Positions 9,595-18,629 of a DNA stretch of 64,000 bases are shown here, in pieces. A model generated the notes under the pieces. That model did no database searches, was not told where the DNA came from, and worked only from the letters and a program-made list of their open reading frames with translations. The stretch covers positions 1 to 64,000 of IMG/VR virus record IMGVR_UViG_3300034019_001883; one strand, 5' to 3'. Made by a program: the position numbers and the translations under genes. Numbering within the stretch: the stretch's first letter is position 1; each line of letters starts with the position of its first letter. Source of the stretch: an uncultured virus (IMG/VR IMGVR_UViG_3300034019_001883). Its lineage: Duplodnaviria; Heunggongvirae; Uroviricota; Caudoviricetes.

Positions 9595-10707
9595 ATGGCC
9601 GGAATCCGCACCCTATACCCCCGTGGCAGCAAAGAGGATGGTTTAGGCGTATTCCTAGCCAAGATGGGCAGACACAAGCTTCTCACCCCTACCCAGGAGA
9701 TAGAGCTAGGGCGACAGGTGCAGGAGGGGCTATGGGCGGCGGCAACGGTCCTCGACGATCGCGATCGCCGTCAGCCACTACAAGAAGATTTTGAACGCCT
9801 CTACCGTAGCGAGCACGGTGAATTACCAACCCAGGTGGAAATTGACACCTACTTTGACGAAGCGCGGCAGCGGTTAATTGATACCTACCGCCAGGGCCAC
9901 CCGAAGGCGACAGAGGCGGAGATGCGCCGACACTTTGAACGGGTAGCCCGGCAGGGTAAGAAAGCTTGCGACCAGATGGTGATCCGTAACCTACGCCTAG
10001 TGGTGAGTGTGGCGCACAAATATTCCAAACACGGGCTAGAGCTAGGGGATTTAATCCAGGAGGGCGTCGTTGGATTAGTGCGAGGGGTGGAAAAGTTTGA
10101 CCCGGCCAAGGGTTATAAATTTTCGACCTATGCCTACTGGTGGATTCGTCAGGCGATCACCCGGGCGATTAGCAACAAAGCCAAGTCGATCCGCCTACCG
10201 ATCCATGTTGTTGACGTACTCAATAAGGTACGCCGCTATGGCCATGTTTTCCGGGCTCAGCATGGACGCTACCCAAACGATCGCGAAGTGGCCGAGCATT
10301 TCTCCTCCCGCAATGGTGTCTCCGTTGATGAATGGATGAGGCGGCTACAGCGGTTCAAGGCGATGAACATCGCGCCGACTAGCCTGGACCATGTGGTGGA
10401 CAACGGCGATCGCTCTAAAAGCACAATCCACGACCTTGTAGGGGGTATTGATGATAGCTCTATCAGTTTGTTTGGAGATCAGGTTATCAGAGAGTTGGCC
10501 GCCGCTGTGGTGGGTTTGCCAACCCGGGAGCGCCAGGTGGTGGAACTAAAGTACGGGCTAATCAGCGGTACACCCAAGTCGCTTAGTGAAGTCGCTAGGG
10601 AGATGGATGCACCCCTTGCGACGGTGCGAACGATCCACGTCAGGGCATTGCGGCGATTATCTAGGGAACGGCGGGGCTTGCGATCGCTCCTCGAAGGACT
10701 GGAGTGA
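9595..10707 (+). CDS. Sigma-70 family RNA polymerase sigma factor (RpoD/cyanobacterial group-2-like)
   Basis: LLTPTQEIELGRQV, NLRLVVSVAHKY, DLIQEG, KFDPAKGYKFSTYAYWWIRQAITR, IRLPIH and region-4 HTH. Confidence 0.95.
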   Translation: MAGIRTLYPRGSKEDGLGVFLAKMGRHKLLTPTQEIELGRQVQEGLWAAATVLDDRDRRQPLQEDFERLYRSEHGELPTQVEIDTYFDEARQRLIDTYRQGHPKATEAEMRRHFERVARQGKKACDQMVIRNLRLVVSVAHKYSKHGLELGDLIQEGVVGLVRGVEKFDPAKGYKFSTYAYWWIRQAITRAISNKAKSIRLPIHVVDVLNKVRRYGHVFRAQHGRYPNDREVAEHFSSRNGVSVDEWMRRLQRFKAMNIAPTSLDHVVDNGDRSKSTIHDLVGGIDDSSISLFGDQVIRELAAAVVGLPTRERQVVELKYGLISGTPKSLSEVAREMDAPLATVRTIHVRALRRLSRERRGLRSLLEGLE

Positions 10708-13700
10708 ACCTGGATACAATGGAGGGTAAATTACCCCTCCCTTACCCCATGGCTATTTCTACCCTGCGCCCGCTGCGCCCCCGGCGGGCTATTTTATTGC
10801 GCAAAGACGCCCAGTTAGGTTTATTTGGCGGTGAGACTGAAGTAAAGCCAACAGCGGCGGCCAAGCGTCGGGAGCGAATGCTGCAGCCCAAGGCACCACC
10901 CAAGCCACCCAAGCCCAGCACCAGGGCAACAGCGCCCAAAGAGGGTGACACTCGCATTAACCGGGCAGGCAATGAGGAGGTATTGCGGGCAGGACGGTGG
11001 CGATTGGCTAGTAACCCTAAGGTGGTTGCCAAGGATAGGGGAAGCGCCGCGATCGTCCCGGTGGTGGAGGCGGATGAGCCTATGCTCGAGGCAGACGAGG
11101 ACGCGATCGGCCCGGTTGTGGAAGAACCCATGGTGGAGTCCGAACCCCAAAACTTGGCAAACCCTGGCAGTACATTTACACTAGAGCAAGACGACAATTT
11201 AATTGAGGAAATTACCGATGGACTATCCAGGGATGATGAAGCCGCCCTCCGATCTGGAGGAGGAGTACCTGTTCGAGACGCCGACGATGGAGGAACTGTC
11301 AGCGCTAGCGATCGCGGAGCTTATCGACAAGTCGAACCCAGGCTCATCACTGCACGAGCAGAGCTCACTAAACCCGCAGATACCGGAGTCATTCCTGAGG
11401 GCATCCGAGATCATCTAAGGGATCACCAGCAACAAGGAGCCGCCGCCGCGATCGCCGCCATGGATAAACAAGGCGGCTTTTTGTTGGCCGATGGAACAGG
11501 GGCAGGAAAGACAAGGCAATTGCTAGCGATCGCGGAACGCTACCGACAGCAAGGTAAGAAAGTATTGATTATTGCCCCCTCTGAAGTCATTAAGCCAAAT
11601 TGGAAGAAAGGAACCGTTGCAGGTTCATTTAAGGATGACTCCAGCGCTATGGGCATCCCCGTGTCTTTGGCGATGCAAGCTGACAAGATGGGCGCAGGCA
11701 AGATCTGCATCAGCGCCTATAGCAGGCTCAATGCCTTTGAGGATGCGATCGATGACGACACCATTTTGCTATTTGACGAGGCCCACTCATTCAAAAATGT
11801 GACAGCCCAGCGCAGCAAGATCGGCATGAAGATGATGCGCAAAGCTAAAGCCGTGTGCTACGCAACAGCGACACCGGCGGATAAGCCTGAGCATATCGCT
11901 TACCTATTCAAGGCTGGCATTTTTAATGGACTAAAACAAGATGAAATCTTCTCCTGGCTTGGCATGAAGCAACGGGAAATCCGCGTAGGCGGAGGGAGGA
12001 CTGTCAAGAAATGGGAGATCCCACGGGGAAAATCTGCTGAAGTATACCAGCGCATGGCGGGACTATTCGACAACTTGACTGACAAAGGGCTGATGATCAA
12101 GCGCGAAATCAGCATGGAGGATGTTGATGTAGGCTTTGAAACCCTCACGTTGCCGGACAAAGCTCGGGTGATGCTAGAGGCAATCGAGGACAACTTTGAG
12201 GGCGGAGAAGGGCTAGAGCGAGCACAAATGTTAATGCACCAGCGGCGACAGCTGGAGCCTTACAAAATCCAGGCCGCCGTTGATCTAGCTAAACGCGAAC
12301 TAGCCGAAGGGCGTCAAGTTGTCCTGTTTATATCCAGGGTTAATGAGTCTGCTGTCAAAAAACGAAAATCCAGCCCAGACGATCCCGAGGTGGTCTTGGT
12401 AGATTCAGAGGGCACCGCTAAGCTGATTAGGGAAGCCCTGGAAAAAGAAGGCATCCTTGATATTACTGAACTGCATGGCGAGAGTGAAACCAAAGCAGAG
12501 GCGGCAATGGCAAGATTCCAGTCCGGCGAAGCTCGGGTAATGATTGCCACGGTGGAAAGCGGCGGTACTGGCGTCAACCTTGACGATAGAACTGGTGAGG
12601 CTCCCCGCACTTTAGTTATGGTCACGCCGCCATTCAACGCTGTTCAAAACCTGCAAGCAGCGGGTCGGGTATGGCGGATGACGACCAAAACCGCGCCCCG
12701 AATCCGATACCTATTCACCGACGCTGACGTTGACTCCTGGAACCGTCGGATAATCGCTAACAAAATGGCCGCGGTAGGTGCCGCTGTTCAGGGCGAAGTA
12801 GGCATCCTTGATCTACCCGAAGACATCTCAGATGACGCGATTGAAGCATTCATCGAGGCTAGGGACAAAAAGCAAGACTTTGACCCGATGTCACCCGCGC
12901 CCAGGCCGCCTGAACCAGTAACGCCGGTAAACACCAACAAATTACCCCCAGGATTTAGGGTGAACAAATATGGCGGCTACACGCGGGGCGGCACCTACGT
13001 TGAGGCGGGGGCAGGCTATATTCGCAATGAAAACGGTAAATGGGTCACCTACGCCAAGTCTCAGGTTGACGAAGCTGGTAATGTTACCCCTGAGCCAACA
13101 CCAGAAAAACCTGAAACCATGCCTACGGCTGAAAGGTTAGATGTGGCTAAAGGTATTGTCAGCAAGATCAACGCGATGGGAGAAGGAGAGACGCCCTACT
13201 CTCCGGAAGAAATAAAGTCAATTGAGTATGCACTCCAACTCATAGAAAGCGCTGACAACGATCGCGGGGAGGAGCGCAACATGGCGGGCTGGAGTGGGTC
13301 AACAAGGAGTGACGGGGTAAGGTTGTCAAGAAAAGTAAACGCAGGGCAACCATTGTCAGCTAGCGAACTGACAAATGCCGTCAAAATACTACAGATCCAC
13401 CGCAGACAACTAAAAGACGCAGAGATTGACCTGCCTTCCTACAAAGAGCCAACTGTTGCAGGGCTAGACCTAACGCCTACGGTATGGCAAGGCGGCGATC
13501 GCATTAGGGTGTACCTAAACGGCCCTGGGCGCAGAAGCTACGGCTACTTTGAGGTGAATGCATCTGGCAGTATTAAATATGACAGGGGCAGAGATGGAAC
13601 TCCCATTGACTCTGACTTTGCCCTAGGCGAACAAGGGCGGCAAATCCTACAGGAAATTACGCCATCAGCCCTCACCAAGTCCCTGCCCCCTGCCCCCGTC

Positions 13701-13898
13701 TTTACCCTAATGGGCGTGCCTTATATCTTCGACCATCACCGCGCCGTCCTGCGCAAGGCTGGCACCAGTTGGGAGCAGTTTGTAGCCGACCTCAGTAAGG
13801 AGGCTGACGGCGATCCATGCTGGGAGGGCTACGAGGCTGTAGGCATGAAAAAGAAACGCGGCAAGATGGTTCCTAACTGTGTTCCTGTAGGCCGCTAA
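10704..13898 (+). CDS. Strawberry-notch/SF2 helicase-like polyvalent protein with leader modules
   Basis: GGFLLADGTGAGKTRQ, FDEAH, YATATPA, ESGGTGVNL, QAAGRVWR; LLRKDAQLGLF near the N-terminus; true start may be the ATG near 10749. Confidence 0.8.
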   Translation: MNLDTMEGKLPLPYPMAISTLRPLRPRRAILLRKDAQLGLFGGETEVKPTAAAKRRERMLQPKAPPKPPKPSTRATAPKEGDTRINRAGNEEVLRAGRWRLASNPKVVAKDRGSAAIVPVVEADEPMLEADEDAIGPVVEEPMVESEPQNLANPGSTFTLEQDDNLIEEITDGLSRDDEAALRSGGGVPVRDADDGGTVSASDRGAYRQVEPRLITARAELTKPADTGVIPEGIRDHLRDHQQQGAAAAIAAMDKQGGFLLADGTGAGKTRQLLAIAERYRQQGKKVLIIAPSEVIKPNWKKGTVAGSFKDDSSAMGIPVSLAMQADKMGAGKICISAYSRLNAFEDAIDDDTILLFDEAHSFKNVTAQRSKIGMKMMRKAKAVCYATATPADKPEHIAYLFKAGIFNGLKQDEIFSWLGMKQREIRVGGGRTVKKWEIPRGKSAEVYQRMAGLFDNLTDKGLMIKREISMEDVDVGFETLTLPDKARVMLEAIEDNFEGGEGLERAQMLMHQRRQLEPYKIQAAVDLAKRELAEGRQVVLFISRVNESAVKKRKSSPDDPEVVLVDSEGTAKLIREALEKEGILDITELHGESETKAEAAMARFQSGEARVMIATVESGGTGVNLDDRTGEAPRTLVMVTPPFNAVQNLQAAGRVWRMTTKTAPRIRYLFTDADVDSWNRRIIANKMAAVGAAVQGEVGILDLPEDISDDAIEAFIEARDKKQDFDPMSPAPRPPEPVTPVNTNKLPPGFRVNKYGGYTRGGTYVEAGAGYIRNENGKWVTYAKSQVDEAGNVTPEPTPEKPETMPTAERLDVAKGIVSKINAMGEGETPYSPEEIKSIEYALQLIESADNDRGEERNMAGWSGSTRSDGVRLSRKVNAGQPLSASELTNAVKILQIHRRQLKDAEIDLPSYKEPTVAGLDLTPTVWQGGDRIRVYLNGPGRRSYGYFEVNASGSIKYDRGRDGTPIDSDFALGEQGRQILQEITPSALTKSLPPAPVFTLMGVPYIFDHHRAVLRKAGTSWEQFVADLSKEADGDPCWEGYEAVGMKKKRGKMVPNCVPVGR

Positions 13899-13903
13899 CC
13901 CGC

Positions 13904-13937
13904 AGCAAAAACCCCAGCCATGGGGCCGGGGTGGTGG
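13904..13937. terminator. Hairpin between convergent genes, near-identical to 48697-48728
   Basis: gcaaaaaccccagccatggggccggggtggtgg. Confidence 0.6.
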
Positions 13938-13944
13938 AGTGGGG

Positions 13945-14202
13945 TTAGGCTATCTTGAACAGTGCTACAGCCTCGCCGGGGCTCTCGCCTGACTGGTAAA
14001 AAGGTTGAATGCCTAGATCAACCTCCACCCCCTTGTCTCGAAGGGCCTCAACCAAAAAGTTCTCCCGCAAGTCTTCAGGGTATGAGACTTTGACATACCC
14101 GTCTCTGCTGTCGTCTAAGCAAGCCAGGACCTCGCCCCCTTCGGCTGCGGCAATGATCTTCCAGTCATGGTTTAGCGGTTCATGGTTTAGCGGTGCGCTC
14201 AT
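13945..14202 (-). CDS. Small antisense hypothetical protein with its own promoter
   Basis: GGAG RBS; consensus promoter upstream; 85 aa, acidic. Confidence 0.7.
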   Translation of the reverse strand: MSAPLNHEPLNHDWKIIAAAEGGEVLACLDDSRDGYVKVSYPEDLRENFLVEALRDKGVEVDLGIQPFYQSGESPGEAVALFKIA

Positions 14203-14234
14203 TTGTTTGTCTCCGTAAGTGGCTCAACAATTTC

Positions 14235-14275
14235 AATATACCCCCTACCTATCGAACTGTCAACACTTTTCGATA
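14235..14275 (-). promoter_or_regulatory. Sigma-70 promoter TTGACA-N17-TATATT with a TATCGAA-N12-TTCGATA inverted repeat
   Basis: -35 at 14258-14263, -10 at 14235-14240. Confidence 0.8.
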
Positions 14276-14332
14276 AAATAGCTACAACCTAAGTGCTGTC
14301 TGTCTTCTGCCTCATCTAACTAACACTCCCCC

Positions 14333-16342
14333 ATGAAAACCTTTACCCTTGCAGGCGATCGCTACGCCGCGATCGCGTCCCCCCGTGGCATCGTCTTTCG
14401 CAAAGCGGCGGACTTTGACACCCGACTACCGATGGATGCTGAGCAGCGGGGTAGCATTGGCGCTGACCTGAATGCCTTGCTGTGTTCGCTGATGGACCTG
14501 CGCCTATCGCTACAACTAGCCCACTGGAACGTGAAAGGCATCAACTTCCAGCAATTGCATGAACTTTTTGATAAGTTGCAAGAAAGCCTATTGCCCCACA
14601 TTGACCTGGTGGCTGAGAATGTGGCTACCCTGGGCATGGTGGTGATCGGCACTGCGGACGACATCGGCGATCGCACCATCTTGATGCCCTACAGCAATGG
14701 CAGCGACCAATACGCCATCCTAGACGAACTAGCGGACCGCTACGCCTACCTAATCCGCCACATGATGGACTTGGTTGAGGAGCTATTGGCTGATGGCATC
14801 CAGGGGATTGCTGACGTGCTAATAGGCATCCACATGGACATGGAACGCAACGGCCTTTATTTTCTAGAATCCCATATCCCTAGCGCCAACCTACAGAAGG
14901 CAGCCAGGCGATCCATGCTGGAGGAAGGCGCTACCAAGGAACGCAACGGCGTTACCTACCGGCTCAACAAAAACCGTCGCTGGGAACGGAGCGATCGGGG
15001 CAGCAAGCCAGCCAGGGGTAAGCGGCCAAAGCCCCCCGGCGGTGTAGTGCCCGTCATCCCGATGGATGGCGCTAAGACTAAGGGTAAGTCAAAGCCGATG
15101 CGCTTTGATAGCCGTCCCCCGGGCGGCGGTGCCCAGGCGGTGCAGCAGGGCAAATTAAACGCCAAGGCACAACGGGCGGCGGCCAAGGTGACGCCAAAGG
15201 TGGCCCCCGCAGGCAAGCCTGCCAAGGCGAAAAAGGCTGAAGTGAAGCCCAAGGGCAAGAAGGCAACCTCGGAACCCTTGTCAGATGATGCCTTTGTCGA
15301 TCTGGCCCTGAATGCGGCCAAGGCGACCCAGGGCGGGCGGCTAGGGGACTCCAAGGTGTTTATCTCCAAGGTATGGGAAACCTTGCAGCAGCAGCACCCA
15401 GACCTAAACCTCAGCCTAGACGACTTCAAAAAACGTTTGGTGAGGGCTAACCGGCAGCGAAAGCTCGATCTAAGCCGGGCGGATATGGCCTACGCGCTAG
15501 ACGCCAATGACGTATCAACGTCTCAAATTAAGGACGACAACAGCGAGTACCATTTCATCCGCCAAGCATTTGAGCCCGAGCAAAAGCCAGCCTCGACAGG
15601 CAAGGTAAAGCCCAAGGGCAAAAAGGCAACCGTCAAACCCAAGGCGGAGAAAACCCAGCCACAGGCAAAAGCGATCGCGTCCTATGGTGAGTTCAAAAAC
15701 GAAGTTGCCAGGATCTACGACAAGCTCAACACTGAAGAAAACCTAAGCGACATGGTGCCTATCTATCGCATTCGCCGCGAGCTAGGCGATCGCGTCTCCC
15801 GTGCGCAATTCAAAGAATGGATGATGGACATCCAGGCAAGCGACAAAATACAGCTAATGGGAGGACAAGTGCCCGGTGTCACTCAAGATCAACGCGAAGA
15901 CTCTATCACAATCCCTGGCGGTGGAATGCGGTTTTACGTCAAAAAGCTAAAGGACTTTGACGGCAACGACGAGACAGATTCATCCAAAGCTCGCCGGAAA
16001 CCTAAATCATCAACGCCGTCGCAGCCTAAGCCAAAAACAACGCCTATCAAGTCCTACGACGACTTTAAGGGCGAAATAGCCAGCGTCTACGACAGGCTGA
16101 ACAAGGACTACAACCTAGGCGACTTGGTTCCTATTCACCGCATTCGCCGCGAACTAGGCAACCGTGTTTCCCGCGAGCAGTTTGACAAATGGTTGTTTGA
16201 CATCCAGGCCGACGACCATGTGCAGCTGATGGGCGGCGCCTTACCCAACGCTACTCAGGCAGACAAAGACGATGCCCTGCAAATCAGAGGAGCCCTTCGG
16301 TTCTACGTCAGAAAACTGAGAGACTTTGGCGGCAAGTCTTAA
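14333..16342 (+). CDS. Leader + Dps/ferritin-like domain + Lys-rich linkers + duplicated C-terminal domains
   Basis: HWNVKGINFQQLHELFD...DLVAE Dps signature; two copies of SY..FK.E.A..YD.LN....L.D.VPI.RIRRELG.RVSR.QF..W..DIQA.D. Confidence 0.8.
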   Translation: MKTFTLAGDRYAAIASPRGIVFRKAADFDTRLPMDAEQRGSIGADLNALLCSLMDLRLSLQLAHWNVKGINFQQLHELFDKLQESLLPHIDLVAENVATLGMVVIGTADDIGDRTILMPYSNGSDQYAILDELADRYAYLIRHMMDLVEELLADGIQGIADVLIGIHMDMERNGLYFLESHIPSANLQKAARRSMLEEGATKERNGVTYRLNKNRRWERSDRGSKPARGKRPKPPGGVVPVIPMDGAKTKGKSKPMRFDSRPPGGGAQAVQQGKLNAKAQRAAAKVTPKVAPAGKPAKAKKAEVKPKGKKATSEPLSDDAFVDLALNAAKATQGGRLGDSKVFISKVWETLQQQHPDLNLSLDDFKKRLVRANRQRKLDLSRADMAYALDANDVSTSQIKDDNSEYHFIRQAFEPEQKPASTGKVKPKGKKATVKPKAEKTQPQAKAIASYGEFKNEVARIYDKLNTEENLSDMVPIYRIRRELGDRVSRAQFKEWMMDIQASDKIQLMGGQVPGVTQDQREDSITIPGGGMRFYVKKLKDFDGNDETDSSKARRKPKSSTPSQPKPKTTPIKSYDDFKGEIASVYDRLNKDYNLGDLVPIHRIRRELGNRVSREQFDKWLFDIQADDHVQLMGGALPNATQADKDDALQIRGALRFYVRKLRDFGGKS

Positions 16343-16406
16343 CTGATGCTTATTTGCAACAAGCAACCCCAGGCTATACTTAGGCTGTCCTCCTTCTTTA
16401 GGCACC

Positions 16407-16847
16407 ATGGGTACACAACAGGACCTCTACAAAATGCTGGCGGAAGGCGGCACTCGGCTTAGGAATACCCGACGCATCCACCAGCAGGCGATCGCTAACA
16501 TCGCCACCCTGCAGCAGCAAACCTTGTCAGAGCTATCGCGGCTGCGCGATCGCATCGAGTCAGCCGGTATCGGCAACGACCCGGAGGCGGAGGCGCAATA
16601 CTTGAAATTGCTAGCCACCAAGCGCAAGCTGGAGCAAGTACACCAGATGAACCCGGTGCTCGCCTCCATGCCACCTGTGGCCCTCCAGAAGGCGTTGGAC
16701 TATGGCTTATTGCTATTGCAGGTCTACAGCGGCGGACGGCTTTCTAAGGCATCTGGCGGCGACATAGAGGCCCATATCCTGCGGCTAAAGCGCTACCGTC
16801 ACCCGGCAGCAGTAGCCCAAATCAACGCACTGGAGCAATTACTGTGA
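16407..16847 (+). CDS. Hypothetical helical protein
   Basis: 146 aa; TATACT upstream; contains LQKA and LSKA. Confidence 0.7.
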   Translation: MGTQQDLYKMLAEGGTRLRNTRRIHQQAIANIATLQQQTLSELSRLRDRIESAGIGNDPEAEAQYLKLLATKRKLEQVHQMNPVLASMPPVALQKALDYGLLLLQVYSGGRLSKASGGDIEAHILRLKRYRHPAAVAQINALEQLL

Positions 16848-17719
16848 ACCACCCGATCCTTGACGATGGGCTATGCACGCCAGACGGGCGATCGCTAGCC
16901 TGGGCGGACAATGCCCACCTACTCCACTGGCCCGGTGAACTGGTCTACGGTGAACCCTTGCCGGTGGCGACCGATCAGCCCGAGCAATTCGAGGACCGCA
17001 AAAAGGACTGGGACTATGACAGCGATCGCGGGCGTCCCCGCAGGCGGGAGAAGCGATCGCCGGTGGATGTGCCGGACCAACCGCTGAACCGACTGAGGCG
17101 ACTACTGAGCAACGGCAGGCCGGAGGCGGCTGAACCGGGGCCACACTTTGCACGACCGGACCAAGCATCCGCCTTTGCCATGCAGCAGGGCCACCTATCG
17201 CGTAGTGCGCTCCTAGACGAGCTAGAATGCCGTGTGCTGCTAGGGGATTGGCCGATGGGTGGTGAGACACCCCTAACCTTCTATGCAGGCGCTCAGACGG
17301 TCCTAGACGCCCTGGCGACCGACTTCTTTAATGAACCGATTATCCCGCCGGTGCTATTGAATGCGATCGGGCCTAGGCGGGCGGGGGAGGTGTTAGCGGG
17401 CTATATGGGTAGCCCCCATGCCCAGGAGATTGTTAGGCGTTGGCGGGATGGCACCTGGCGCACTATCGACCAACGGCTAGACGAAAAGTTGCAGCTGTGC
17501 CAGGAGTCCATGTTCAGTTGGGCGGCGGCGGGGCAAAAGCCTGTCCTATCCCCTGAGGGGGAGCCAGACGCTATCTTGACTCTGGCTAGTGCAGCAACGG
17601 CAACGGTCGCAGTTTATCACCTAGCTAACCTGGGGCAGGCGTTGAAGGATTTTCAGAAGAGTGGTAGGGATGCGATCGCGGGGGTGTTAGACAGCCTCCC
17701 GTCGCCATCTAGCCTCTAG
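16844..17719 (+). CDS. Hypothetical protein
   Basis: 291 aa; GTGA overlap with the upstream gene. Confidence 0.65.
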   Translation: MNHPILDDGLCTPDGRSLAWADNAHLLHWPGELVYGEPLPVATDQPEQFEDRKKDWDYDSDRGRPRRREKRSPVDVPDQPLNRLRRLLSNGRPEAAEPGPHFARPDQASAFAMQQGHLSRSALLDELECRVLLGDWPMGGETPLTFYAGAQTVLDALATDFFNEPIIPPVLLNAIGPRRAGEVLAGYMGSPHAQEIVRRWRDGTWRTIDQRLDEKLQLCQESMFSWAAAGQKPVLSPEGEPDAILTLASAATATVAVYHLANLGQALKDFQKSGRDAIAGVLDSLPSPSSL

Positions 17720-18388
17720 CAATTCCCGATAGACGATCGCATCAATCAGCACCCGTGGCTCATTCTGTAGGTTCCACTCCGCATCGTCTAGCCCGGGGCA
17801 GCGGTAGCGGTAGATCGTCTCGCAGGTGATATTCTTCTCCCGCAGGTATAGGTCCTCCGGGTTGGCGGGGTGGGTAAGGTGAATTAGGCGTTTAACGCTC
17901 ATCGCTTCACCGGTGGGTTCGCTCAAGGGTAGGGCACCCTCTAGGGGCACCTGAAGCACGTTGGCGCCATAAACAACGGTTTGATGGGCGATGATGTCCC
18001 CCTGCACCGTGGCACGAATAATCCGCAGCCGTACCGATCGCCGTAGTGACTGCAATTCATCAATCAACTCCCGACGCCGATCGCGATCGTCACCCGCCTC
18101 CTCCATCAATTTGATAAACCGCGCCTGGTAGCCTAGTAGCTTATGGTTGGCCCAGGGCGGCACCGGCAGGCATCGGTCTAAGCGAATGCAACGCTTAGGC
18201 GCCTCTGGCGGTGGCTCCGGTTGTTGCCGTTGACGGCGGTATGTCTGTACCAGACGATCTATAGACTCGTCTAAAATGTGGACGGTGGCATCAAGTTCGA
18301 CGCTAGCGCCCTGGCCCGCCTTGATGCCTAGCCTATCTAAGGTATTGAAGGCAGACTGTAAATTATCATGGGGGATCGTGATGGCCAT
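17687..18388 (-). CDS. Hypothetical protein
   Basis: Long minus-strand ORF; likely start MAITIPHD at 18388. Confidence 0.55.
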   Translation of the reverse strand: MAITIPHDNLQSAFNTLDRLGIKAGQGASVELDATVHILDESIDRLVQTYRRQRQQPEPPPEAPKRCIRLDRCLPVPPWANHKLLGYQARFIKLMEEAGDDRDRRRELIDELQSLRRSVRLRIIRATVQGDIIAHQTVVYGANVLQVPLEGALPLSEPTGEAMSVKRLIHLTHPANPEDLYLREKNITCETIYRYRCPGLDDAEWNLQNEPRVLIDAIVYRELLEARWRREAV

Positions 18389-18629
18389 AGTAGACTTTTC
18401 CCAGGTGGCGGCAGCAGCCTTTAGCGATATGCTGATCCTACGCGATCGCGTCCTGCACGAACGCGAAACCTTCCGCAATGAGTCTGCCAACTGGCAAGAG
18501 CTAACCAAGCTCGATGAACCCGCCCTCCAGGACCGGCTGATGCGCTGTGAAATCCTAAACCGCACCGAGGCGTTGATCCGCACCACAGACCTACGCTGTC
18601 ACCCCCTGGAGGTACTAAAAGAGTCATGA
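18381..18629 (+). CDS. Hypothetical protein
   Basis: MAIVDFSQ...; ATGA-coupled to 18626. Confidence 0.5.
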   Translation: MAIVDFSQVAAAAFSDMLILRDRVLHERETFRNESANWQELTKLDEPALQDRLMRCEILNRTEALIRTTDLRCHPLEVLKES

